Notes: generated from the sequence alone by a model not told the origin. DNA of 64,000 nucleotides from Octopus sinensis (GCF_006345805.1 NC_043014.1:38378001-38442000), one strand, 5' to 3'; positions 36,982 through 50,752 are shown, numbered from the stretch's first letter. Program-made: numbers and translations.

Positions 36982-37413
36982 CTATTGAGAAACAAAAAAA
37001 GAAGATACATCTTATTTTATTTTATTTTATTCACAGTGTATTTTTGAAGTATAAGATTTCTTTTATTATTTTTGATTATGTAGAAAACCTCAGATTTGTA
37101 GAGAAAGCGAAACGGGATGTTATGGCTTCCGTCCGTTTTCGAAATCCGTTTAATGAAATCGAACATGAAAGCAAGTAAATAAGTACAAACTGAAAATGGA
37201 ACTCGAGCTGCGGATTTACAGAAGAATCGAACACGCGATGCCATTTTATATGTATATATGTATGTATTCATGTATGCACGTATGTCATTATTCAATCTTG
37301 TTTCAAGATTTCTTGCTAAAAGAGGAAGAGCCTGTTTCTAACCTAGAGACAAGGCTTTGGAATTTCAACAACAGGGTATTTTCGTATGTACATACATGCA
37401 TACATACATACAT

Positions 37414-37446
<33 letters not shown>

Positions 37447-37474
37447 TACATACATACATACATACATACATACA

Positions 37475-37505
<31 letters not shown>

Positions 37506-38281
37506 GTAGGTTCTCAAAACCAGAAAGAAGAAAGCAAGACTTTCTCAAGTTCCAAATGTGAATCTGTTAGTGTTAACTACACTCCAAAGATGGAGCCTTG
37601 TATCTTTGTTAGAAACAGGCTCCCTCCTCAGTGGAAGAGTTATAATAATTAAAAACTAGAAGAGACATACATACATAATACATACATTACATACATACAT
37701 AGGCATAATAAGAAGGAGCACTGATGGAATGTCTCAGTTAAAACCTCATTAAAATGTAAACATAACCAACTTGATATAGTGATTAGGGATAGAGAAGAGA
37801 AACTGAGTATAGCAGTAGAAATCAGCTGCCTAGCGGATGTTAACATACAGCTAACGATCAGCCCAAAATACTCTGTCCAGATTACAAGTTCAGGTTTATA
37901 CTTGTAATTATTGGGGCACTGGGATACGTAACACACTGCCTAAGTAACAACCTTGAGAAATTAAGGCTTCTCAGAACCAGAGTGGATAAATCTGATTCGA
38001 AGGGAGCAGATCTACGTCATCACCGGAACTATAAAAAGTTGTAGGGCTTCCCAGAAATTTATCACTTAAGTGTGCATGTCTGGATATGCAAGTATATGCG
38101 TGAGAAAGCATGCATAAAAAAATCATATAAATCTGCACATGCACTAACTCCAAATACTGCACATATGCACACATACAGTGAAGGAGCCTTGGATCTAGGT
38201 TAGAAACCGGCTCTTTCTCTATTGATATTTTCATGGGCGCGACACTAATTCCGACTCTCTAGATTATTGATTCTAACTTAC

Positions 38282-38496
38282 CGTCTTCGTAAATAGCTGG
38301 CAAATAACGATCGAAAGGAGTGTTTGATCGGCCAAGGTAGGGGAACAGAAGGTTGTTACAAGAGCCATCAGCAGAACGGTAAGGAACTGTAGCATCACAA
38401 GTTAAGGCTTCGACGAACGGACAATTCTCAACAAGTTCCAAGGGAGGCTGGACTGCAGGTAGAAGATTTTCTGCTGTGATAGCTCCATCGTCTAAC
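38282..38496 (-). CDS. Peroxidase-family gene, exon 4
   Basis: ttatttttcag|...GACG|gtaagt, 215 nt. Contains YRSADGSCNNLLFPYLGRSNTPFDRYLPAIYED, the canonical N-terminal motif of animal haem peroxidases. Confidence 0.95.
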
Positions 38497-39463
38497 CTGA
38501 AAAATAATTTATTCTTTTTCTTAATGGCCACAAGGATTAATATAAATTATACATAAAATACAACACAAGACGATACAAAGGGTTTTCACATTCGTGTAAA
38601 CATTAAATAACAGTAAAAAGGTGACATGGAAAACTCCCACAAAAGCCACGGGTGCCTGATCAACAGGGCAAGAGCCCGTTTTTAATTTTACAGGTGTATT
38701 CTCAGAATTGGTCTAACCTGAAAAATAATGATTGTAGTTTTGACGAACAGATTAATATAAGAGGTAACCTGTAAATTCATAAAGAAAGGACAGATGGCGG
38801 ACAATTATCTATATATTTCTCATGTTCGTACTTTATTCAATTGCACTAACGATATTCACAAGAAGAGCAGTACACACTCGTTCGTGATACTTTGCAGTGG
38901 GTAGAAAGGAAGTTGGGAGAAATCTCATGCAACAGAGTTGAATTCCACCAAATGCACTGACGGGCAGGTGATGATAATTCTGAGGCGTATTAAGCATGAA
39001 GATAGCAAAGCAATTTCGACTGAGAATATAAGTTGATGTCAATGACATGCTGATCAAACAGATAGATAGAAAGCGCCACGACGTCGATCACTACAACTAC
39101 ATTACTGGTTGCAAATTTTGGCATAAGCCTAGCATGTTCGTGGGAGGGGATAAGTAGACTATATCGACCCCAGTGTTCAACTATGTACATATTTTCTCGA
39201 CTCCAAAAGGATGAAAGGCAAAGTCGACCTCGGCAGAATTTGAACTCAAAACGTATAGAAGGACGAAATGCTTCCTAACGATTCTGCCAGCTCCGAGGCT
39301 ATAAATAGAAAACACTCGTCCAAGGTGCCACGCATTGGAATTGAAACCGGAAACATGTGGTTGTGAAGCAAGTTTTCTTACAGCCACGCCTTATTGTCCG
39401 ACCATTCTAACTTTTCTGCCAAAACCGCCGGAGATGGCGGAGCAACGATGATGATGGTGGTGG

Positions 39464-39498
<35 letters not shown>

Positions 39499-39558
39499 TG
39501 ATGATGATGATGATGAAAAGGTGGAGTGAGAGGAGAAGAAATTAAGCAATCGACTTAC

Positions 39559-40219
39559 AGCTGCTGAATCAGTCTTCCAGTGACCACAAATACAAGACCG
39601 GTTTCAGCAATGGCCAACTGGTTATCCGGCAGGACTACAGCTGCCTCTCCGTTCACGACAGTGTCATTGGCAGCGGCAGCAGCAGCAGCGGCAGCGGCAG
39701 CAGCTGCAGCAGCATCGGCAGCGGCAGCGGCTGCAGCAGCAGCAGCAGCATCTTCGGCAGTGACAGCGGCAGCAGCAGCGGCGGCGGCACCGGCAACAGC
39801 AGCGGCAGCAGCAGCGTTGGCGGTGGCGGCCTCAGCAGCAGTACTGGCGGCTAGGGCAGCAGCTTCGGCAGCAACAGCAGCGGCGGCGGTGGCGTTGGCA
39901 ACGGCTTCGGGGTCGTCAGGGTTGGCAGCAGCAATGGCAGCAGCTTCTTCAGCAGCGGCAGCGGCGGCTATGGCAGCATCGGCAGCGGCGGCAGCAGCAG
40001 CATTTGCAGCTTCAGCGTTTGCGGTTTCAGCAGCAGCGGTGTTTGCAGCGACAGCAGCAGCAGCTTGAGCCGCAGCAGCGGTTCTCGCAGTAGCGGCAGC
40101 AGCAGCAGCTGGGGTGAGGTTTCCAATATCGATTACTGCGTTACCAGTTCCAGCATTATTGGCTCCATTGGCTCCATTGGCTGTATTGTCTCCATTGCGT
40201 GTATTGGCTCCTGCTTGAT
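39559..40219 (-). CDS. Peroxidase-family gene, exon 3 (Asn/Gly- and alanine-rich)
   Basis: Acceptor caacttccag|, donor AGCT|gtaagt, 661 nt, phase 1/2 fits both neighbours. Open throughout, with mixed GCN codons. Confidence 0.85.
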
Positions 40220-40233
40220 CTGGAAGTTGAAAG

Positions 40234-40292
<59 letters not shown>

Positions 40293-40502
40293 CAATAAGG
40301 CAGTGAACTGGCAGAATCGTTAGTACACCGGGTGAAATGCTTAGGGGTATCTCATCTACTGCTACGCTCTGAGTTCAGATTCCGACCCTTGCCTTTCATC
40401 ATTTCGGGGATGATAAATTAAGTACCAGTGAAACACTAGAGTCGATCTAATCGATTAGTCCCAGCTCCCCAAATTTCAGGTTTTGTGCTTTAAGCAGAAA
40501 GG

Positions 40503-40556
<54 letters not shown>

Positions 40557-41117
40557 GAGTGAGAGAGCAGTTCATGCCATCAAAGTGACACTGGGGTAAA
40601 ATATACGAAGCCCAATATACCCATCATGACTACCCGTCTGATAAGGGTACACCAGGCACATGCATCACAACCATATGTGCGCGACATGGTGATCTCATAT
40701 CAAGATAAACAGCACCTGACCTTGCAGGTGGGGCCCAGTTAGAATTTTCTTCAGGTTGAGTAGCCCATCCCGCTCAAAAGGTCCCTGAATAAGGGTTGTT
40801 TAAGGATGTTGAAAGAATCACCCATGTTTCCAGAGGTGAATTATTCAAACCCCAAAGAATCCCTCTCAACACATGGCTATGATGCTTCCCCACTACTTCT
40901 GCTCGTGATCAGAGATGCACATATCGTCAGCCATTAAGGGACATGCTCAACTGGTTAAAGTCAAACAACTGACAAGCAAATCTGTGGTATTGAGCAGAAT
41001 ATTTGCTGTAGCCCATCTTTTATACCAAGACAAAACAATGTACTTGATAACACTTCCAATCAGTTAAAATCAGAAGCCATGAGAGCCACTGCCTGGTACT
41101 GCATCAGGGCATTTTTA

Positions 41118-41174
<57 letters not shown>

Positions 41175-41395
41175 CAATAAGGCAGTGAACTGGCAGAATC
41201 GTTAGTACACCGGGTGAAATGCTTAGGGGTATCTCATCTACTGCTACGCTCTGAGTTCAGATTCCGACCTTGCCTTTCATCATTTCGGGGATGATAAATT
41301 AAGTACCAGTGAAACACTAGAGTCGATCTAATCGATTAGTCCCAGCTCCCCAAATTTCAGGTTTTGTGCTTTAAGCAGAAAGGATTATTATTATA

Positions 41396-41430
<35 letters not shown>

Positions 41431-42022
41431 TATTATTGAGTGAGAGAGCAGTTCATGCCATCAAAGTGACACTGGGGTAAAATATACGAAGCCCAATATA
41501 CCCATCATGACTACCCGTCTGATAAGGGTACACCAGGCACATGCATCACAACCATATGTGCGCGACATGGTGATCTCATATCAAGATAAACAGCACCTGA
41601 CCTTGCAGGTGGGGCCCAGTTAGAATTTTCTTCAGGTTGAGTAGCCCATCCCGCTCAAAAGGTCCCTGAATAAGGGTTGTTTAAGGATGTTGAAAGAATC
41701 ACCCATGTTTCCAGAGGTGAATTATTCAAACCCCAAAGAATCCTCTCAACACATGGCTATGATGCTTCCCCACTACTCTGCTTCGTGATCAGAGATGCAC
41801 ATATCGTCAGCCATTAAGGGACATGCTCAACTGGTTAAAGTCAAAACAACTGACAAGCAAATCTGTGGTATTGAGCAGAATATTTGCTGTAGCCCATCTT
41901 TTATACCAAGACAAAACAATGTACTTGAAACACTTCCAATCAGTTAAAATCAGAAGCCATGAGAGCCACTGCCTGGTACTGCATCAGGGCATTTTATTAT
42001 TATTATTATTATTATATTATTA

Positions 42023-42056
<34 letters not shown>

Positions 42057-42260
42057 CATTAAGGCAGTGAGCTGGCAGAATCGTTAGTACACCGGGTGAA
42101 ATGCTTAGGGGTATCTTATCTACTGCTACGCTCTGAGTTCAGATTCCGACCTTGCCTTTCATCATTTCGGGGATGATAAATTAAGTACCAGTGAAACACT
42201 AGAGTCGATCTAATCGATTAGTCCCAGCTCCCCAAATTTCAGGTTTTGTGCCTTTAGCCG
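40293..42260. repeat. 882-bp tandem duplication (about 2.2 units)
   Basis: Unit starts at 40293, 41175 and 42057. Unit = SINE C + (ATT)n + 556-bp element + (ATT)n. Confidence 0.9.
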
Positions 42261-42265
42261 AAATG

Positions 42266-42340
<75 letters not shown>

Positions 42341-44711
42341 TGCCTCTGGCATAGTACCACGCATTTTCATCTCTCTGTAAGTGTTACCCAAATTGTAGTT
42401 TGTTTTATTCTTCTGAGGTTTTCTTTTTCTGAATGTTTGTTGCACTTTTTGTTATATTTTCCAACATTTCGGAGTCATTTAAAGAGTCGAGGATTTCGCT
42501 CCAAAAACGACAGAATTGAAGTAGAAAGTCTTGAGAATGAGAAAGAAGAGTTGGAAAATATTTTCCTTGCATTTCTTTTACAGTAGAAGGCTTCCTTTTC
42601 TTTCAATCAGCACTGCTACACTACCACCACTATTGCTATAGGCATTGTTGAATAGTGTGTGGAAGCACATCGTCGGTTACGACGACGAGGGTTCCGGTTG
42701 ATCCGAATCAACGGAACAGCCTGCTCGTGAAATTAACGTGTAAGTGGCTGAGCACTCCACAGACACGTGTACCCTTAACGTAGTTCTCGGGGATATTCAG
42801 CGTGACACAGAGAGTGACAAGGCCGGCCCTTTGAAATACAGGTACAACAGAAACAGGAAGTAAGAGTGAGAGAAAGTTGTGGTGAAAGAGTACAGCAGGG
42901 ATCACCACCATCCCCTGCCGGAAACTCGTGGAGCTTTAGGTGTTTTCGCTCAATAAACACTCACAACGCCCGGTCTGGGAATCGAAACCGCGATCCTATG
43001 ACCGCGAGTCCGCTGCCCTAACCACTGGGCCAATGCGCCTCCACTGTTGAATAGTAAGGAATGGCAGTAACAACAACCTGTTGAACAACAGCAACAGGAA
43101 GATGCCAAACAGCAACCCCGAAGGCTGAAAATACCTATAACAACAACAGCAGCAACAACAACAACGCGGTGAAACACATTGGTGATAACATTGACCCTTG
43201 GCTTGTTTTCCCATTTATGTCACGGTACAAGCAAATAGTGAATGGTGCCAAAAAACAACTACAAACGACGTGATCAGGGGGAAGTCCTAATGATACCCGA
43301 AGGCCACTGGGCCAATCTGGAGCTGTGCCCCGTCATGGATGCAGAAAGAAATGTAATGAGATGGTTGATTCAGAAAGACCAGCCGTTACACGTATGGAAG
43401 TGAAGGCCACTTGAAGGCTTTCTACTCTGAAGAAATGGGACGACAGAAGAGGATAAAGGACAGTGGACAACAGCAGAATTATTAAAGACTCCGCCAGTTA
43501 CGACGACGAGGGTCCCAGCTGATACGATCAACGGAACAGCTTGCTCGTGAAATTAACGTGCAAATGGCTGAGCATTCCACAGACACGTGTACCCTTAACG
43601 TAGTTCTCGGGATAATCAGCGTGACACAGAGAGTGACAAGGCTGACCCTTTGAAATACAAGTACAACTCATTTTTGCCAGCTGAGTAGACTGGAGCAACG
43701 TGAAATAAAGTGTCTTGCTCAAGGACACAACGCGTCGCCGGGAATCGAACTCACAACTCACAACGGTCATAGGATCGCGGTTTTGATTCCCAGACCGGGC
43801 GTTGTGAGTGTTTATTGAGCGAAAACACCTAAAAGCTCCACGAGTTTCCGGCAGGGGAAGGTGGCGACCCCTGCTGTACTCTTTCGCCACAACTTTCTCT
43901 CATTCTTTTCTCGCTTAGCTTCCATTCCATTTAAATAAAATATAAATTAAAAGACACCTCCCATAAGAAAAGAGTACCTCCAGGGAAGGCAAGTAAGGAG
44001 TTTATCGCTCCCCGGGAACTTATGAATTTTGCACTGCTTCGTATAGCTAACAAGGTACTGATGGCCTGTTTGCACGTACTGCATATAGGCCAACAAGGAA
44101 TACATAAAATGCAGATTGAGAAATATATTCATTTTTACTACATAGGATTTTACAAACGATAGACGGTTAACAAGAAACAATTCAATAATCTACGAGCAGA
44201 TATACGTTAATCACAAATAGAAGCAGACCCTTTCTTATCCACTCCAACACCCGAGTTGCTCATAGATATCTTTATGACTGATCATTTGAACTCAATCATG
44301 AAAGCAACGGGATTTGAAATCAGAACGAATCACGCCGGGGTAAGTTTGGCATTTCATCTCTCCGAGGTCGATAAAATAAAGTACCAGTAAGCTGCTGAAT
44401 CTGGTGGTACTGACTAGATCCCCTTCCCTCAGAATTACTGGTCTTGCGCTAAATCAGGAATTATGAAGGGCAGTGGATTGTCAAAATTTTTATAGCGTGG
44501 GAAAAAACCACATTGCCATACTTCTTCTGGTTCCAAATGTTTTGAGTTCCAATTCCGCCGAAGTCAAAATTACATTTCATTCCTTCGGGGTCGATCAATA
44601 AAGTGCCAATCAAATGCTAGGGTCAATAGTGCCTGATTAATTTCATTCCTTTAAAATCGCTGACCTTGTACCTAAATTAGAAGCCATTATTACTAAGAAT
44701 GCTATACATAC

Positions 44712-44932
44712 TGTTTTGCCGTTCATCAATGGCATCTGATGTTCCGGATCTTCCTCCCGATCTTCTTCCGCCATGCCTTCGTCCGCTACAAGATCCGTAA
44801 CGTCTAAAAAGACATTTGTTTCGTACTATTCTCGATGCTTTTGCGTAGACACTTTGGCATTGTTTATCTTGGAGAGGTGTCAAGCATAAAACTATGCAAG
44901 GTAGAATCGCCAGTAATAAGATTAAAGATGGA
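44712..44932 (-). CDS. Peroxidase-family gene, exon 2 (signal peptide plus basic Arg/Gly segment)
   Basis: Strong acceptor cttttttctcttttccttttcag|, donor AACA|gtatgt, 221 nt, phase 2/1. Encodes RPSLILLLAILPCIVLCLTPLQDKQCQSVYAKASRIVRNKCLFRRYGSCSGRRHGGRRSGGRSGTSDAIDERQN. Confidence 0.8.
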
Positions 44933-45107
44933 CTGAAAAGGAAAAGAGAAAAAAGATATCAATGACCGCAGTCAAATGACTGAAACAAATAAAAGAGAGT
45001 AAATAATGTAATAGTTTGTTACTTTTCTTCTTATATTAAAAAAAAAAACAATACAAAATATAACGAAATATTCAGGATATTCAATATTCGCATCGCTCTA
45101 CCTCTCT

Positions 45108-45680
<573 letters not shown>

Positions 45681-46367
45681 CACATACAAATATAAAACTA
45701 TAACTACATTGAAACAGAACACGCACAAAAATAGAAAAAGAAATTAGAGGACGATATGAAAGAACTAGCCATTCCCATTAGTCAAGTAAGGAAGTTATCA
45801 ATTAGTTAAGGGAGGAATTAGGTGGAATACTGTTATATGAAGTCAAGTTCGTTTAAAGTAATAATAGCTAAATATGAGCTGGAAGCCATATTGTTTCATT
45901 GCTCACGAAATTGCACTTCGTTAAAAGAGCGAAAACAACAACAAATCTCATGCTTCTTTCCTCATTTTACGCTTAATTAAAAAAAAAATGTTTTATCTGT
46001 GCGAACTTCCGGTAGCAAACTAGCCTCATTTCCGCCCGAACTAATCAAAACTACATTTTGTTTTTCGTCATCACAAAATTCCTTTATGTTCATAACAGAC
46101 AAATGCTTCCAGTTTGTTGAACCGATATGTGCAAACAGATACTCTTTACTCTTTTACTCTTTTACTTGTTTCAGTCATTTAACTGCGGCCATGCTGGAGC
46201 ACCGCCTTTAATCGAGCAAATCGACCCCGGGACTTATTCTTTTGTAAGCCCAGTACTTATTCTATCGGTCTCTTTTGCCGAACCGCTAAGTAACGGGGAC
46301 GTAAACACACCAGCATCGGTTGTCAAGCAATGCTAGGGGGACAAGCACAGACACACAAACATACACG

Positions 46368-46405
<38 letters not shown>

Positions 46406-47584
46406 CAACGGGCTTCTTTCAGTTTCCGTCTACCAAATCCACTCACAAGGCATTGGTCGGCCCGGGGCTATAGCAGAAGACACCTGCCCAAGATGCCACG
46501 CAGTGGGACTGAACCCGGAACCATGTGGTTGGTTAGCAAGCTACTTACCACACAGCCACTCCTGCATAATTTTTTCTAAATGTAAGCTTTCAGATTTCTA
46601 AGATACTTCTGGTTTTTTTTTATCCTTTTGCAATAATTGATATTCCTATTCACTTCGAGCACGTAACTAACGATCTGGCCTTTTCGTTTATAACACGTTA
46701 GTTTTGACTTCTCAATCGACATTTATTAATGGAGTTCATTCGAAAATCGTTTCTAATAATGTTATACTTTCATTAATCCTTCATTTTCAGTCATATATTA
46801 CAAGCACGCTTCATTATATATATCTCAACGTGATAGTGTGTCTATGTTTCTATATATGTGTGTCTGAATACCAGATATGAATATGTGCGTATATCTATAC
46901 ATGCACACACATATACATGCATAGAACTGCTTCTTCCATTCAATCATTCACTTATATATATATAATACGTTCTGAGTTCAAATTCCGCCGTGGTCGACTT
47001 TGTCTTTCATTCTTTCTATGTTTAGCCCCTTGTGGGCAATGAAGAAATATATATATATATATATATATAATAGATACAGTTTGATGAGAGTTAACCAGTA
47101 GCTAAACAATCTCAACAAAACAGGGCTAACCGCATCTAACAACCTCAAGCAATTATAAAAGCCAGGGTGGGGGGAGTCTTTACTCGTTAGAAAAATACCC
47201 AGTCAAATTTAGCCTCAGATCACGCCTTATGCTTAGCGAATGACACATTGATTATGTCATTCCAGATACACTGTGTCTTGCATAGAATATAAGATAAAAG
47301 TATTTATCTTCGAGATTCAAAAAGACGGGTGGTCATAGCTGAAAGGTTTTCATTATGTCTGCTCAGTCAGGTCTTCAACTGAACAAAGAATCGTCTGCGT
47401 CAATGATTCTCAAAATTTTCTACTCTCACTTATCCCCTTTGCTTCATGTATTTCACAATCTGCCCTCTTATTCCTCCTATACAGTAATTGCTATATATAA
47501 AAGAAGTCCATGTCACCGCCAAAGATTTCCTTTAAATTAGCGTTTTAGCGGTTGTATTATATATATATATATATATAATATATA

Positions 47585-47622
<38 letters not shown>

Positions 47623-48168
47623 CCTCGCCAAGTTAAATATTTCAGTCACCTGAAGAATGACTGTAACTCGAATTTTTACGAATTGGACAGCCATGAAACG
47701 ATCGTAGTGTTATACTATTATCTTTTTTTAATAATTTTGATATATATTTAAAATAATATAAATTAATTAATCTTATGTATTGGCTTAAGTTTTTCATTGT
47801 ATGATTTTCCTAATAGTGGTTTTATCTCTAATTTAATATAATATATATATATAATATATATATATATATTATATATATATATATATAAAAGAACACGTGT
47901 GTATATAAACAAACTTACATTTGTTTTTAGAAGCGCCGAATGTGTATCGTACGATACAAACAAGAAAGTGATATTTTGTAATGCAGTATCGCCGTTAAAA
48001 CAGCAGAAATATTGGGTGTTACTACCCTTACAAGGCGGAAAAGTCAACAATGTCATGTGTGCGTGTGTGTGTGTGTGTGTAAAGAAAGAAAGTGTAAAAT
48101 ACAGACAAAGGATAGAAAGACAGACAGAAAGAGAAGAAAAATGAAAGGAAATACGCAAGAAATCTCAC

Positions 48169-48176
48169 CGAATCAT
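48169..48176 (-). CDS. Peroxidase-family gene, coding exon 1 (ATG ATT CG, 8 nt)
   Basis: aaccATGATTCG|gtgagat. Phase 2 matches exon 2 and gives signal peptide MIRPSLILLLAILPCIVLC. TATA-like box 55 nt upstream. Confidence 0.7.
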
Positions 48177-48230
48177 GGTTGTTCTTCGAAGATCCAAGCA
48201 GGTCTGTTCAAAATCTTGTCTTTGCTGAGA

Positions 48231-48237
48231 TTATATA
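48231..48237 (-). promoter_or_regulatory. Candidate TATA box of the peroxidase gene
   Basis: ccTATATAAt 55 nt upstream of the inferred ATG. Positional inference only. Confidence 0.45.
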
Positions 48238-48525
48238 GGAGGTAAAAATGAGAGCAATCGAATAATGACGTAATGATGTACGATAAAAACTAATTGTTCT
48301 AAGCATCAACTGACTGAAAAATTCTTAATAAAATGACAATAAAAATGCCTAATAAATCAATGAATGTATAAGTACAAGCAGGCGTCTTCGCGGATACGAA
48401 TCGTGACACTTGAGCAACGAACACAAAAAAATGAGGACTTCTCAAAAACCCGCAATGAGAAGATTAGGTTATGTAGGTGGATAAGAGAAGGAAGAAAGAA
48501 GGAAAGAAAGAAAGAAAGTGAGAAG

Positions 48526-48564
<39 letters not shown>

Positions 48565-50446
48565 AAAGAGTGAAGGAGGGGGAGAGAGAGAGATTCACCT
48601 TTGATTATTTAATAACTGATCATTTTAAAGTATTTATTTTCGAAGTAAGTAGCTGCTATGACGAAACAAATTTGGCTGCAAATAAAACTGAGGTTATAAA
48701 CTTTACAAGAAATAAGGTACTGACTCATGATAGCAATTTAAAGTATTGTTAATTCAGTTTTTCTTTGTCCGTTTCAATTTGAAGAGTGCCGTGGTCTAAA
48801 AGTAATCCTCCAGCAAGTTTACTGCTCGAAAAGATTTCGAATACTGATTTTAACCATTTAACTTCAGTTATGTTGGCACAAGGCCATCAGTTTTAGTGGG
48901 GAGGGTGGTTAGCTGATTACAAGGACCCCAATGCTCAACTGTTACTTAATTTTATCGATCCTCCAAAAGGATGAAAGGCAAAGTTGACCTTGGAAGCATT
49001 TGAACTCAGAACGTAAAAAGCCAGAAGTACATTTTCCGGCGCGCTAACGTTATGGTCTTCGTTATGTTTTTTTTTTTTACTTGTTTCAGTCATTTGACTG
49101 CGGCCATGCTGGAGCACCGCCTTTAGTTGAGCAAATCGACCCCGGGACTTATTCTTTGTAAGCCCAGTACTTATTCTATCGGTCTCTTTTGCCGAACCGC
49201 TAAGTGACGGGGACGTAAACACACCAGCATCGGTTGTCATGCAATGCTAGGTGGACAAACACAGACACAGAAACATACACACACATATATATATATATAT
49301 ACATATATACGACGGGCTTCTTTCAGTTTCCGTCTACCAAATCCACTCACAAGGCTTTGGTCGGCCCGAGGCTATAGTAGAAGACACTTGCCCAAGATGC
49401 CACGCAGTGGGACTGAACCCGGAACCATGTGGTTGGTAAGCAAGTTACTTACCACACAGCCACTCCTGCGCCTATGTTTCGTAACAATTCTTTTTAATTT
49501 TGACACAAGGCCAGTAGTTTTGAAGGGAGGCGGGACTAATCGATTACACCAACCCCAGTGCTCAACTGGTACTTATTTTATTGATCTCGAGAGGTTAAAG
49601 GGCAGAGTCGGCTTCAGCTGCATTTGAGCTCAGAACGTAAAGAGCTAAAAGAGATGCTGCTAAACATTTTGTCCGCTACCTAACGATCTGCCGGTTCACC
49701 ACCTTAGATTGGTAGTGGAAGCACTCCGTCGGTTACGACGATGAGGGTTCCGGTTGATCTGAATCAACGGAACAGCCTGCTCGTGAAATTAACGTGTAAG
49801 TGGCTGAGCACTCCACAGACACGTGTACCCATAACGTAGTTCTCGGGGATATTCAGCGTGACACAGAGAGTGACAAGGCCGGCCCTTTGAAATACAGGTA
49901 CATCAGAAACAGGAAGTAAGAGTGAGAGAAAGTTGTGGTGAAAGAGTACAGCAGGGATCACCACCATCCCCTGCCGGAGCCTCGTGGAGCTTTTGGGTGT
50001 TTTCGCTCAATAAACACTCACAACGCCCGGTCTGGGAATCGAAACCGCGATCCTACGACCGCGAGTCCGCCGCCCTAACCACAGGGCCATTGCGCCTCCA
50101 CAGATTGGTAGTAATACTCTAGGGAAGGACATTCATGTCAAACAGTAACAAGACTCCAAATGAGATCAAACAAATCGAAATATACAGTTAATGTAAATAT
50201 TTTTAAAAAAGCAACAAAAACTGACCACTAAAAATGAGATTTAATAAATCAAAAATTAATTTTACTTTTGTTTTTGTATAATACAGTTGAAGTCATTTTG
50301 CCATACGAAGAAATCAAGTTTCCTTTCCAACTTTTTACGAAGCACTCTCAAAAGCATCAAAGATTTCCCTTGGTAGCAGTGTGCTCATGCATCAAAGAAA
50401 TATTACTGCTTTGCACTATTAGAAACAGCTTTGTCAATTCTAGATA

Positions 50447-50752
50447 TCTTTATATATAAAAGTGAAGTTGTGTGAGAGTCTGTCTCTTCCGATTTAGATT
50501 CCTAACTACTCCCACATTTTGCAGTGCAGTTTAACCAAAAGCGGGTATCTTATAGTCGTGATTCATATCGAGCCCTTCTGGGTATTAGCGCGCGTCTACG
50601 ATGAGTCTACGATTAAAAAAAAAATTACCATCATTTTTTTCGTTTTTTTTTATGCATTTTTTGCTCGGTTTATATTAGGGAAGTAACTCTCTAAAGATGC
50701 TTATATAGTTATTTCCCTTACAAACCCGAGCAACGCCGGGCGATACTGCTAG
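50447..50752 (+). mobile_element. Non-autonomous Helitron
   Basis: A|TCTTTATATATAAAAG ... CCCGAGCAACGCCGGG hairpin ... CTGCTAG|T. Confidence 0.8.

Noticed and set aside
37935-38035. SGDDVDLLPSN in intron 4 (minus), resembling exon 9 TDDLDLLPQSN, with an AG acceptor
   Set aside because: The match is short, followed by a stop, and plausible by chance on a rough estimate. It would need an alignment E-value or reads.
37319-38225. Three copies of gagcc.gtttctaac..ag...caaggct in intron 4, in mixed orientation
   Set aside because: Probably a short dispersed-repeat end. No TSD or coherent element boundaries were found.
39580-40068. Plus-strand poly-Ala/Ser ORF
   Set aside because: Antisense shadow of GCN-rich peroxidase exon 3. 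The splice sites and phases support the minus strand only.
39660-40110. Type I antifreeze protein identity of the Ala-rich domain (contains AAAAAATAR)
   Set aside because: Similarity is compositional only, with no regular 11-residue Thr spacing.
44712-44891. Alternative acceptor ttgcatag| at 44892 for exon 2
   Set aside because: Weaker pyrimidine tract, phase incompatible with exon 1, and it would remove the signal peptide.
49244-49627. Recurrent ORFs RRASFSFRLPNPLTRLWSARG... and MVVIPAVLFHHNF...
   Set aside because: Translations of SINE A and SINE B copies, not a gene family.
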